A program made the translations under genes and the position numbers. A model generated the notes under the pieces. It ran no database searches, had not been told where the DNA came from, and saw only the letters and a program-made list of their open reading frames with translations. From Methanoculleus sp. (lineage in GTDB: Archaea; Halobacteriota; Methanomicrobia; Methanomicrobiales; Methanoculleaceae): a stretch of DNA of 64,000 bases. Below, one piece after another: positions 1 to 8,574 of this stretch. The stretch lies in the NCBI RefSeq assembly GCF_030019085.1, contig NZ_JASEFJ010000009.1:255-64254 (forward strand), given 5' to 3'. Numbering within the stretch: position 1 is the stretch's first letter; each line of letters opens with the position of its first letter.

Positions 1-602
1 TTCTGTCGATAGATATCCAGCATGACATCAGCGCCAAGAGATATCAGGAGGCTGGACAAAAACGAGCCGGTGCAGACACACAGAAAGACCCATGCCTTCT
101 CCAGCCCCAGCAACCGGCCAAGTAGCGATCCGTTCGTCGACCCTGTCCCCTGGAATGGGAAGAAGACAAACAGGATAAGCCCGATCGTCGAGAACCGCCT
201 GACCCATGGTCGTGCATCAAAATATTCCTGGCCTCCCCTCATCCCGCTCTCAAGCAACCTGCCTATGAGCGGAATCTTCAGCGCCAGATCAAAGTTCCAG
301 ACGATAAAGAGCGATACCGCTGCATCCACCATGAAGACCGCGAACGTGACAAGCCACCAGGGGTAGCCCATCATGATCGCTATGGGAATGATCGACTCCT
401 TCCCGGCCGGGGGGATGAAGTATGCGCCAAGCAGTCCCGAGAGGTTGAGGAAATCCTGGTATGGGAGGAGCAGGTACAGGGTCGCAAAGAGCGTAATCCC
501 GATCCCGAACGGGAGGAGGAACTTTATGGGACCGGCGATGTAAGGGTGATCGAGGATTATCCTCCACCATACCCGTCCGGATACGCCCGTTGTATCGTTC
601 AT
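1..602 (-). CDS. Small multidrug-export-family integral membrane protein (COG2426-like); C-terminal part cut by window edge
   Basis: Absent from the ORF track because it runs off the window. Manual minus-strand translation from ATG (602-600) gives MNDTTGVSGRVWWRIILDHPYIAGPIKFLLPFGIGITLFATLYLLLPYQDFLNLSGLLGAYFIPPAGKESIIPIAIMMGYPWWLVTF... It is stop-free to position 1 and strongly hydrophobic. The PPAGKE..IP motif is recalled from this family. Confidence 0.55.
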   Translation of the reverse strand, partial: MNDTTGVSGRVWWRIILDHPYIAGPIKFLLPFGIGITLFATLYLLLPYQDFLNLSGLLGAYFIPPAGKESIIPIAIMMGYPWWLVTFAVFMVDAAVSLFIVWNFDLALKIPLIGRLLESGMRGGQEYFDARPWVRRFSTIGLILFVFFPFQGTGSTNGSLLGRLLGLEKAWVFLCVCTGSFLSSLLISLGADVMLDIYRQ

Positions 603-719
603 GCTCATTCCTCGTTCCCCTGTCGGGAAGTCTTCCCATTACATCTGGAGGCTCCCTGATAATACATTACCGGAAGACCGATCCAGCACCTTCAAGTTCA
701 CGGAGCGCAAGGATAGGTA

Positions 720-945
720 GCATGAGCCCTCCTCCTGCAACCCGATCGCCCCGCAACCTCCCGCGCATCGAGGCCGGGAGCCGGGAGAGCGCCCTCTGCA
801 CCATTGCGAACGTTGCGACAGCACTCGAGACACTGCGGGAGGTGCGAAAACACGTCCGCGGAGACCACAAGCGTCGCCTCGACGATGTAGCGGTGATTCT
901 CCGCGCCATCGCGCTCGACACCCAGGCAACCTACGCGATCACCGA
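720..945 (+). repeat. Possible diverged copy (R0) of the GC-rich intergenic repeat
   Basis: GATCGCCCCGCAACCTCCCGCGCATCGAGGCCGGGAGCCGGGAGAG (743-789) aligns by eye with R2 55270-55320 at roughly 65-70 percent identity. GCGGTGATTCTCC (890-902) resembles the R1 minus-strand GGGGCGATTCTCC. GCGATCACC lies at 934. Confidence 0.35.
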
Positions 946-962
946 CGACGAGGCACGTCAGT

Positions 963-2207
963 TCATTCGGGACTGCCGCTCGAGGTGAGATCGCCGGGCA
1001 ACAGTGGCTCGGTGATTATTCTGGCGAAACGATCCCACCGGTCAGCACCGCTCCCCACATACTCCCGGACAAGCCGGTAACCCCTGGAGAGAGCCACCGG
1101 GTATCCCCGAAACTCTTCTATGAACCGGAGACGGGCCTCTGCCCCATCACGGTCGAGGAGCATGACGTCCTGGAGGATCCTGCACGCCTCCTCCCGTGAT
1201 AGAAGGCTGGCGAGATACCCGCGGCCAACGCGGGCGTTCCCCGCAAGTTCCAGAGATCTGGCCGCGCTGGCAACGGTATCCAGGAGACCCGCGTCCGCCG
1301 GGTCAAACCCCGCCAGCGGAAATAGAACCTCCTCATAGAACCGAACGCGATCGCGGTCAGGAAAGACCATCTCCTCCCCATAGAGCGCAGCGCCTTCAGC
1401 AACCGTCGTAAACGGTGATAGAAGCGGAATGACCGAATGCTCGATCCAGCCACGGGCACGGACAAGCGCCGTCTCCCGGATCGCCCGGACCGTATGACGG
1501 CCCGGGTAGCCCTCACGGCAGGCGTGAGCGAGAACCCGGTCTATGGTCAGGGCTGTGGTGCTTACCCCGACCTGGCTTCTCCCGTCACCCAGGTAGCGGT
1601 TGTAGCCCTCATCGCTGACGCAGGTGATCTCAAGACGCTCTCCTGCAGGAAGCGGCAGGTGCGCTGCTGTCCGTCGGCGACTTTCGGCAAACGCTGCTGC
1701 AAAGACCGGTTCCAGACGGTCTGCCGGGAGAATGAACGAGTCCATGAAAGCCCTGTAACGGGATGCCAGGTCCCCGGTGCCGGGTAACTGCGAATCAAGC
1801 GTTGTATGCAGTTCCCCGTAGTAATCCGGATCATCCTCCGGTGCCGCGATGCCAAAGAGCGCTCTGAACTCTGCATCGAAGCCCGGCCGCTTCCCGGCCA
1901 TGATCCCGGCACGGGCCTCAAGCGCCCGGATCATCCCCTGGAGATAGGCGTGGCGCCTCCTCCAGGCCCCATCCAGATGTTCTGGATCGATCCGGTCAAG
2001 GGTGGCAATGAGATCAGTGGCGTAACCTGCGATTCGATCCGGCGGAACGCTGACCGTAAGCGCCTCCTCTCGCACCGCCTCCGGGCCGAAGTAGGCCTCC
2101 ACATAGATCGGGTCGTGCACCCCGAGCCAGAGCACGCATTTGACGTAAAATCGCGCGACAGCGTCTATATCTGCAGCGCTCTCTCCAATGTATGTTGAAG
2201 GCTTCAT
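963..2207 (-). CDS. Hypothetical soluble protein (weak DUF885-like EGYPGRH motif)
   Basis: 429-aa ORF trimmed to the ATG at 2207 (MKPSTY...). Long ORF with a globular-looking composition. The REGYPGRH motif resembles the E-x-x-PGHH motif of DUF885-type proteins (recollection, unverified). Confidence 0.5.
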   Translation of the reverse strand: MKPSTYIGESAADIDAVARFYVKCVLWLGVHDPIYVEAYFGPEAVREEALTVSVPPDRIAGYATDLIATLDRIDPEHLDGAWRRRHAYLQGMIRALEARAGIMAGKRPGFDAEFRALFGIAAPEDDPDYYGELHTTLDSQLPGTGDLASRYRAFMDSFILPADRLEPVFAAAFAESRRRTAAHLPLPAGERLEITCVSDEGYNRYLGDGRSQVGVSTTALTIDRVLAHACREGYPGRHTVRAIRETALVRARGWIEHSVIPLLSPFTTVAEGAALYGEEMVFPDRDRVRFYEEVLFPLAGFDPADAGLLDTVASAARSLELAGNARVGRGYLASLLSREEACRILQDVMLLDRDGAEARLRFIEEFRGYPVALSRGYRLVREYVGSGADRWDRFARIITEPLLPGDLTSSGSPE

Positions 2208-2312
2208 CCACCCCCCTCCTGGAGACTTATGGGCTCCACCGCTACTTAACACCGCCGTGAGGCGCGTACTCTCGTTGCAGAGGGTTTAACCGCTCCAACG
2301 CCCCACCTCCAG

Positions 2313-2864
2313 GTGATGAACGAACCGCTCCGGAAGGTTGTCCACCTCATCTTCGGTCTGGCGATCGCCAGTTTCATCCTCATCTCTGAGCGCGAACTCG
2401 CCCTCTACGCCCTTGTCCTTGCCCTCTTTGCGGGTTTCATCCTCTCTGATGCCCTCTCCCGTGGCTACAAAATCCCGGTGGTATCAACGTTAATCGCAAC
2501 CATGGAGCGGCGGGACGTCATGCCGGGTAAGGGAGCGCTCTTCTTTGCGCTCGGTGCGCTCTTCTGCCTGACTTTCTTCTCAAAAGAGGTCACCTTCGTA
2601 GGCCTCGTGGTGCTCTCTCTCCTCGACAGCATCACCACGCTTGTCGGCCTCAGGTTTGGCAGGACACGGATCTACAACCAGAAATCCATCGAGGCCACAC
2701 TCGCAGGGTTTCTGGTGACGACCGTAGCTCTCCTCTTCCTCGTCCCGCAAGGCGCCGCCCTCCTCACCGCCGCAGTCGCTGCGTTTGCCGAACTCTTGAG
2801 CCCCGTGGACGACAACCTGATCGTGCCGGTCGTTGCCTGTGTCATCCTCACGGTGTTGCTTTAG
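2313..2864 (+). CDS. Polyprenol/dolichol kinase - cytidylyltransferase family membrane protein (COG0170-like)
   Basis: 183 aa with multiple TM helices. The C-terminal KSIEATLAGF and DDNLIVP motifs resemble the CTP-dependent polyprenol kinase family. Confidence 0.5.
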   Translation: MMNEPLRKVVHLIFGLAIASFILISERELALYALVLALFAGFILSDALSRGYKIPVVSTLIATMERRDVMPGKGALFFALGALFCLTFFSKEVTFVGLVVLSLLDSITTLVGLRFGRTRIYNQKSIEATLAGFLVTTVALLFLVPQGAALLTAAVAAFAELLSPVDDNLIVPVVACVILTVLL

Positions 2865-3844
2865 GCGTGGTCCCCCGTCTCTCCATCGGCACTGTGATGA
2901 TCACAATCCGGACAGGTCGTGAATACCCCGCAGGTCGAGCAGTCCTCACCGGTGCAGGGCTGAACGCGGATCGTGACGTTTGTCCGCGGAAACTCATGCC
3001 TGATATCGTCCTCCAGGTGTCTCACGATCCCGTAAGCCTCCTCGAGGGTCGCTGTCCGCGGGACTATCAGGTGAAGGTCTACAAACCGGTTCGGCCCTGA
3101 CCGGCGTGTCCGGAGCCGATGGAAATCGATGACGTCCGTACAGTGCCCGCGTATGATCTCCCGGATCCTCTCCTCCTCCCCGGCGGGAAGGCTCTGATCG
3201 ACGAGGTCCTGAAACGAGCGGCGGATGAGGTCATAGGCCGCCCTGAGGATTATGACGGCGACCGCAAGCGCAATGAGCGCATCGAGTATCACAAGACCGG
3301 TCAACCGGATCAGTAAAAGCCCTGCCACAACCCCGAGGGAGGTGTAGACATCCGTGCGCAGGTGCCAGGCGTCGCTCTCAAGCGCGATCGACTCGGTCTT
3401 CTTTGCCACCGTCATCAACCTGGAAGAGACAAAGAGGTTCACCACGGCAGAGAGCAGCATCACGGCGATACCAAACCAGAGCCCCTCCATATCTAGAGTC
3501 GGTTCTCCGCCGAAGAGGTTTCGCAGCGCCTCGTTTATGATCAGGACGGCCGCAACCAGGATCAGGATCGCCTCTATGAGCCCCGATAGGCTCTCGTACT
3601 TCCCGTGCCCGAAGGTATGGCACTCGTCAGGAGGGCGGGCCGACTGCCTTACCGAGAAGTAGGCGATGGCCGCGGCCATCAGGTCGATTCCGGAGTGGAT
3701 CGCCTCGGATATGATCCCGACCGATCCGATCGCAAGACCTACAGCAAGTTTCGTCGCGACAAGAAGCGTGTTCGATACAACGGAGAGGCGTGCGGTCTTC
3801 TCCTTCAGTATATCGTCCCTATCTCCCGCAGCGACTGTTCCCAT
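2861..3844 (-). CDS. Cation diffusion facilitator (CDF) family metal efflux transporter with Cys/His-rich C-terminal tail
   Basis: 327 aa. Motifs HSGIDLMAA, HTFGHGKYE and DAWHLRTD in the TM region. Tail is CTGEDCSTCGVFTTCPDCDHHSADGETGDH. Confidence 0.85.
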   Translation of the reverse strand: MGTVAAGDRDDILKEKTARLSVVSNTLLVATKLAVGLAIGSVGIISEAIHSGIDLMAAAIAYFSVRQSARPPDECHTFGHGKYESLSGLIEAILILVAAVLIINEALRNLFGGEPTLDMEGLWFGIAVMLLSAVVNLFVSSRLMTVAKKTESIALESDAWHLRTDVYTSLGVVAGLLLIRLTGLVILDALIALAVAVIILRAAYDLIRRSFQDLVDQSLPAGEEERIREIIRGHCTDVIDFHRLRTRRSGPNRFVDLHLIVPRTATLEEAYGIVRHLEDDIRHEFPRTNVTIRVQPCTGEDCSTCGVFTTCPDCDHHSADGETGDHA

Positions 3845-3915
3845 ACCCTATGATTATCTCCCATCCACCGGGATAGGGTTTGCGTCCCTGTGAGACGGAT
3901 CCCGGTTACTTTTCC

Positions 3916-5400
3916 TCACTCGAGGGTGAGGATGACGAGCGAGTTCGTCCCCCTGCCAGCTGGGAAGATCCCTTCCGTCAGGATCACGCGTTCGCCGGGC
4001 GTTACCAGTCCCGAGTCCCTGATCAACTCCAGGATCGCCTCATGCCAGTGTTCCTTTTCGCCCTCTACCAGGAACGGGTAAACCCCCCAGGAGAAAGCCA
4101 GGAATCTGAATGTCTCTGGGTTTCGGGTGAACGCCAGGATCCAGGCCTCTGGCTTGAAACGGGAGATGCTGCGTGGCGTCGTCCCGGTACGGGTAGGTGT
4201 AAGGACGTAGCGGATACCAAGTGCGTCCAGCGCCTGGATGACATTGAGCGAGACAACATCGTTGACGGTGATCCTCTCCCGTTCCATTCCCTGCCGGAGG
4301 TGCTCGATGGCGGCAGACCGCGCCCCGGTAACAGAGCGGTTGGCCTCGGTCGAACGGGCGATCTTTGCCATCATCGCGACCGTCTCGACCGGGTAGTTCC
4401 CGATGGAAGTCTCTTCCGAGAGCATGAGAGCATCCGTGCCGTCCAGGATGGCGTTTGCGACATCTGTAACCTCCGCCCGGGTTGGCCGGATGTTCTCGGT
4501 CATCGACATCAGCATCTGGGTGGCGGTGATCGCCGGACGACCCAGGATGCTGGCTTTCAGGATGATCCGTTTCTGCACAATGGGGACGTCCTCGATGGGC
4601 GTCTGGACGCCCAGGTCTCCCCGCGCGATCATGACCCCGTCGGCCTCCTGGAGGATGGCATCGAGGTTTGAGAGAGCCTCCGCCCGCTCGATCTTTGCTA
4701 TCACATGTATGTCTTTCCCGAACCGCGCTGCGTGATCCCGCGCCACCCTGATATCCTCCGCCCGTCTGACAAAAGAGAGGCCGAAGAGATCAACCCCCTC
4801 CGAGAGACCGAACTCGATACACTCAAGGTCCCGCCGGGTCGGGGCACTGACCGCCATATTACCCTCGCCACCTATAACGCTCACGCCCTTCCGGGACAGC
4901 AGCGGCCCTCCGAGAACCACCGTTGCCCGGACCTCCTGTTCCCCGACCTCCTCGACCTGCAACTGCAGGAAACCATCGTTCAGGTATAGTGTGCACCCCG
5001 GCGAGACCATCTGCGGAAACTGTTCAAAATCTACCGGGATCGTGGAAAGATCGTCTGATGACGGGGCTGGAACCAGGGTGACGCTCTCGCCCTTCTCGAG
5101 GACCATGGGCTCCTCTGCGAGGGTTCCAACCCGGATCTTTGGCCCCGGCAGGTCGAGCAGGATCGTGACAGGTAACCCGGTCTCCTCCGAGGCCGCCCTG
5201 ATGTTACCGATGTTCTCTCTGTGCTCCTCAAAAGATCCGTGGGCAAGGTTGAGCCTGGCAACGTTCATGCCGGCCTGGATCATCCGGACAAGTACCTCCC
5301 GGGATCGAGATGCCGGGCCTATGGTAGAGACGATCTTCGTCCTGTGGTCTGGCAGGCTTATCCTCACCCCTCCAGAGCCCACGGTTCTCTGGTGCATCAT
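3916..5400 (-). CDS. pyk: Pyruvate kinase
   Basis: 494 aa with KIVSTIGPAS, MNVARLNLAHG and MIARGDLGV motifs. The exact start among the N-terminal Met codons is uncertain. Confidence 0.9.
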   Translation of the reverse strand: MMHQRTVGSGGVRISLPDHRTKIVSTIGPASRSREVLVRMIQAGMNVARLNLAHGSFEEHRENIGNIRAASEETGLPVTILLDLPGPKIRVGTLAEEPMVLEKGESVTLVPAPSSDDLSTIPVDFEQFPQMVSPGCTLYLNDGFLQLQVEEVGEQEVRATVVLGGPLLSRKGVSVIGGEGNMAVSAPTRRDLECIEFGLSEGVDLFGLSFVRRAEDIRVARDHAARFGKDIHVIAKIERAEALSNLDAILQEADGVMIARGDLGVQTPIEDVPIVQKRIILKASILGRPAITATQMLMSMTENIRPTRAEVTDVANAILDGTDALMLSEETSIGNYPVETVAMMAKIARSTEANRSVTGARSAAIEHLRQGMERERITVNDVVSLNVIQALDALGIRYVLTPTRTGTTPRSISRFKPEAWILAFTRNPETFRFLAFSWGVYPFLVEGEKEHWHEAILELIRDSGLVTPGERVILTEGIFPAGRGTNSLVILTLE

Positions 5401-5463
5401 TACAGTAGTCTTCGAGCAGCACTATAGGATTAACCTTCCCCCGCCGCGGTTCTGGAGATGCCG

Positions 5464-6669
5464 TCAGGAGGGGATCTCTCCCCCGGTGGCGCCGGGGTGC
5501 CCTTTACCTCTGCCAAGCGGGATCACCGCGATCGTCTGCCCGCTCTCGGCACTGTACTCGCCGATCCGCTTTTTGACGTGTTCCACCATCCCACCGCTGG
5601 TGATGATGAGCGAGTTCTCCCCTATCAGGGCCTTCAGGATACACCTGTCGATGACACCGTAGGTGTAGTCAGGGTAGATCCGCTCGTGGCCGGCAAACTC
5701 CTTTGCACGCGTCCCCATGGCACCGACGTGCTCCACCGCCCCGGACTCTATAAACCCTCGCAGTTCATCGCCGCATACCCTCTCGACGTCGCAGAGGTAG
5801 ACCCTCCCTGTCAGCGCCCCCGTCACGGCACGGCCGTGGATCATACGCTCGATCCTGTCGGTGAACTCAAGCACGCTCTTTGGAGGAGCGTCCGGGTCGA
5901 TGATGCCCCGAAGACCGAGCTCGTTGTAGAGGTCGAGCAGGGCCGGCGGTTTTAGCCTTGCGGCCGCCAGGAGACGGGAGTCCGAGAAGACCTCTCCGGG
6001 CGGCCCCCGGGCAAGGATCCTCCCCCGTTCCATCAGTATTACCGAGTCGGCCCAGCGGTAGGCGAGTTCGACGTCGTGAGTGGATATGAGCACCGTCCTG
6101 CCGCTGGTGGCGAGTTCGTCGAGGAGTTCCATCACCTCCTCGGCGCTTGCAGGGTCAAGGGTGTTCGTCGGTTCGTCAAAGACCAGGACGTCCGGTTCCA
6201 TCGCGAGTATACCCGCGATTGCAACCCGTTTCTTCTCCCCGCCGGAGAGGTGGTGGGGCGGCCGTTTCTCGTAGCCCTGGAGACCAACGTAGCCGAGAGC
6301 GTCCCGCACCGCCTTCCGGACGGCATCCGGCGGGAGACCCAGGTTCAACGGCCCGAAGGCCACGTCCGCTTCGACCGTAGGGGCGATGATCTGGACGTCG
6401 GGGTTCTGGAAGACGAACCCGACCCGGCGCCGGAGGTCGCGGAGACTCCGGTTATCGTATGCGATCGGTCTACCGGAGAACCGGATCTCTCCACTGTCCG
6501 GCCGGAGCATACCGTTGAACATCAGGAGGAGCGTTGACTTACCGGCGCCGTTAGGGCCGACGATGGCGGTCTTTGACCCGGCCTCGATCCGGAGATTCAC
6601 ACCGGCGAGAGCAGCTGGCCCGTTCGGGTAGGTGTAGGTGAGGTTCTCGGTCTCGATGAGTGGTTTCAT
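5464..6669 (-). CDS. cbiO: ECF/cobalt transporter ATPase CbiO with extra ~115-aa C-terminal domain
   Basis: Walker A GPNGAGKST, signature LSGGEKKRV, Walker B VLVFDEPT. Has a 4-nt overlap with cbiQ. At 401 aa it is longer than the ~280 aa expected for this family. Confidence 0.9.
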   Translation of the reverse strand: MKPLIETENLTYTYPNGPAALAGVNLRIEAGSKTAIVGPNGAGKSTLLLMFNGMLRPDSGEIRFSGRPIAYDNRSLRDLRRRVGFVFQNPDVQIIAPTVEADVAFGPLNLGLPPDAVRKAVRDALGYVGLQGYEKRPPHHLSGGEKKRVAIAGILAMEPDVLVFDEPTNTLDPASAEEVMELLDELATSGRTVLISTHDVELAYRWADSVILMERGRILARGPPGEVFSDSRLLAAARLKPPALLDLYNELGLRGIIDPDAPPKSVLEFTDRIERMIHGRAVTGALTGRVYLCDVERVCGDELRGFIESGAVEHVGAMGTRAKEFAGHERIYPDYTYGVIDRCILKALIGENSLIITSGGMVEHVKKRIGEYSAESGQTIAVIPLGRGKGHPGATGGEIPS

Positions 6670-7442
6670 AGTATCTGCATACCTCCGCTTGTGAGCGATA
6701 CCCAGAGCATCGTCCCGATGTAGACCAGCGCCACCGTAAGCGATAGACCGGAGACGGTCTGGTTTTCCTCAGGGACTGCCAGTAATCCATCGTAGCAGCG
6801 GGCGTCCATCGCCATGATCAGGGCTTCTCCGCTCTCCCATGTCCGGATGAAGAGTGTGCCGGCAAGCATCCCGAGGGAGTTCACCGATTCCCTGAACCGG
6901 CCATACCCAAGCCGCATCACCTGAGAGCGGTAGATCTGGCCGGCCTCATCGATGAGGATGAAGATGAACCGGTAGGTGAGCATGGCCAGGTCGACAAGAA
7001 CGGTGGGCACCCGGAGCCGATGGAGTATATCGAAGATCTCGGTCATCGGTGTCGTGAGCCCGATGAAGTAGAGGGAGCACATACCCCCGAAGACCCGGGC
7101 AAGGATCAGGATGGCGAGGTTTGCGCCTTCCGTCGTGACCGCGAGCGGGAGGGCCGGGAGATCCACGAGGACTCTCCCGCCCCCGGTGATAAAGAGGACG
7201 ACTATGATGCTCATTAGAGCAAACGAGACCGGGATGAGGAGAAGATGGGTGTAGAACCGTGCAGGGATCTTTGCAAGAAGAAGGATGGCGGCGCTCATCG
7301 AGGCCGCGACCAGCAGGGGCGCGATGGGACCGGGCGATGAGACACAGATGAGGATGCTCGCGACCCCCAGGAACAACTTGAGCCAGGGGGCTGTCTCCCG
7401 GAGCTCGTTTCTCCGGGCGAAGTCTTCGAGCATCTCGTGCAT
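6666..7442 (-). CDS. cbiQ: ECF transporter transmembrane component CbiQ
   Basis: 258-aa polytopic membrane protein located between cbiN and cbiO, overlapping cbiO by 4 nt. Confidence 0.8.
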   Translation of the reverse strand: MHEMLEDFARRNELRETAPWLKLFLGVASILICVSSPGPIAPLLVAASMSAAILLLAKIPARFYTHLLLIPVSFALMSIIVVLFITGGGRVLVDLPALPLAVTTEGANLAILILARVFGGMCSLYFIGLTTPMTEIFDILHRLRVPTVLVDLAMLTYRFIFILIDEAGQIYRSQVMRLGYGRFRESVNSLGMLAGTLFIRTWESGEALIMAMDARCYDGLLAVPEENQTVSGLSLTVALVYIGTMLWVSLTSGGMQIL

Positions 7443-7478
7443 AATCTCTCACCAGGTTTATCGGTGCAGGGTAAAGAT

Positions 7479-7757
7479 TCAGGTGTTCTTCCTGCTGGCC
7501 TGCCAGTAGCCGAAGACGTAACCTATGATAACAGCCCCGATGGCGGCCTGCAGGGCAAAGAGGAGCGACTCTATCTCGCCGCTCGGAGGTTCCCAGAACG
7601 GTTCGATCCAGGGTTCGTAGCCCGTGGCCTCGATGAGTTCTGCGGCCTCGCCGTCAGCCCCACCCCAGGAGTTTTCACCGGCGGCGTCCTGAAAGAGGAA
7701 TATGCCGGCAAAGACGATGATAAGTGTGATTACCGCGATCTCCAGACCATACTTCAT
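7479..7757 (-). CDS. cbiN: Cobalt transport protein CbiN
   Basis: 92 aa with two terminal TM helices flanking an acidic loop (GADGEAAELIEATGYEPW). Has a 4-nt overlap with cbiM. Confidence 0.8.
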   Translation of the reverse strand: MKYGLEIAVITLIIVFAGIFLFQDAAGENSWGGADGEAAELIEATGYEPWIEPFWEPPSGEIESLLFALQAAIGAVIIGYVFGYWQASRKNT

Positions 7758-8446
7758 GCGGCAGTCTCCTTCAGTCTCTGGATGGTGCTCTCAGGGAGGA
7801 GGTTCAGACGGATAAGGATCTCGGGTTTGAGGTGGACTATGTACTTGAAGACCAGCGCGATGATCGCACCCTCGATGATGGCAAGCGGAACCTGGGTAAC
7901 GGCAAATATCGCCGCAAATGCCATGAACGCTCCAAGAAACCCGGTGGTGCCCGGGAAAGCAAGCGCAAGCTGGATGGATGTAACGACGTAGGTGAAGAGA
8001 TCCGCAAGCGCTGCAGCGGCAAAGACCGTGGCGTATGTGTTCGCGCCCGCCCGTGTCCCGGCTTTGTAGATCAGGTAGGCGACGGCCGGGCCGGCGATCC
8101 CCATCGAGAATACGTTTGCCCCGAGTGTGGTTATCCCGCCGTGCGCCAGGAAGACCGCCTGAAAGACGAGGACTATCAGTCCAAGGACGCCTGCGATGCA
8201 GGGGCCGAACAGGATGGCTCCAAGCCCCGTCCCGGTGGGGTGGGAGCAACTCCCGGTGAACGAGGGGAGTTTGAGGGATGAGAGGACAAAGACGAAGGCG
8301 CCTGCAACAGCAAGGAGCGGCAGCGTCTCACGCCTCTCTTTTACAAGCCGGTTTAGCTGGTAGACACCGAATACAATGAAGGGCAGGGAGACCAGGAACC
8401 AGATCTCCCACCATGGACTGGGCAAGAATCCTTCCATTATGTGCAT
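7754..8446 (-). CDS. cbiM: Cobalt/nickel ECF substrate-capture component CbiM
   Basis: ORF trimmed to the canonical N-terminus MHIMEGFLP (ATG at 8446). The upstream 25 codons lie in AT-rich promoter DNA. Confidence 0.85.
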   Translation of the reverse strand: MHIMEGFLPSPWWEIWFLVSLPFIVFGVYQLNRLVKERRETLPLLAVAGAFVFVLSSLKLPSFTGSCSHPTGTGLGAILFGPCIAGVLGLIVLVFQAVFLAHGGITTLGANVFSMGIAGPAVAYLIYKAGTRAGANTYATVFAAAALADLFTYVVTSIQLALAFPGTTGFLGAFMAFAAIFAVTQVPLAIIEGAIIALVFKYIVHLKPEILIRLNLLPESTIQRLKETAA

Positions 8447-8490
8447 ATGATCACTCCCGACCGCTGTCGTAGGGATAAAACAATTTTTGT

Positions 8491-8520
8491 TGATATAATG
8501 TAACACATTTTGATATATCA
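8491..8520. promoter_or_regulatory. AT-rich divergent cbiM/cbiA control region with TGATATA box and 10-bp perfect palindrome TGATATATCA
   Basis: TGATATA at 8491-8497 and TGATATATCA, which is its own reverse complement, at 8511-8520. This is the only strongly AT-rich stretch between the two divergent starts. Confidence 0.35.
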
Positions 8521-8534
8521 TGGTTATTTGTGGT

Positions 8535-8544
8535 CATATTTATC
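8535..8544 (+). promoter_or_regulatory. Putative TATA box for cbiA (near-leaderless)
   Basis: CATATTTATC lies about 30 nt upstream of the ATG at 8575. Confidence 0.35.
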
Positions 8545-8574
8545 TCCTCCGGTATTCAACACTCCTGGATCCCT

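Noticed and set aside
590-988. 132-aa ORF (or its 88-aa internal version from 722) in the 603-962 spacer
   Set aside because: The N-terminal half is Pro/Ser/Arg-rich and coincides with the putative repeat copy R0. It has no motif and no SD or TATA context. I kept it only as a possibility inside the R0 finding.
2313-2388. C/D box sRNA candidates (GTGATGA at 2313 with CTGA at 2385; ATGATGA at 10038 with CTGA at 10058)
   Set aside because: Both lack proper C'/D' boxes and terminal stems, and both lie inside well-supported coding sequences.
8447-8521. 25-codon N-terminal extension of cbiM (MIYQNVLHYINKNCF...)
   Set aside because: The extension lies in AT-rich promoter DNA. The canonical CbiM N-terminus MHIMEG begins at 8446.
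8447-8574. Cobalamin riboswitch upstream of cbiM or cbiA
   Set aside because: Only about 128 nt separate the divergent starts and most of that is AT-rich promoter DNA. It is too short, and no B12-box-like sequence was seen.
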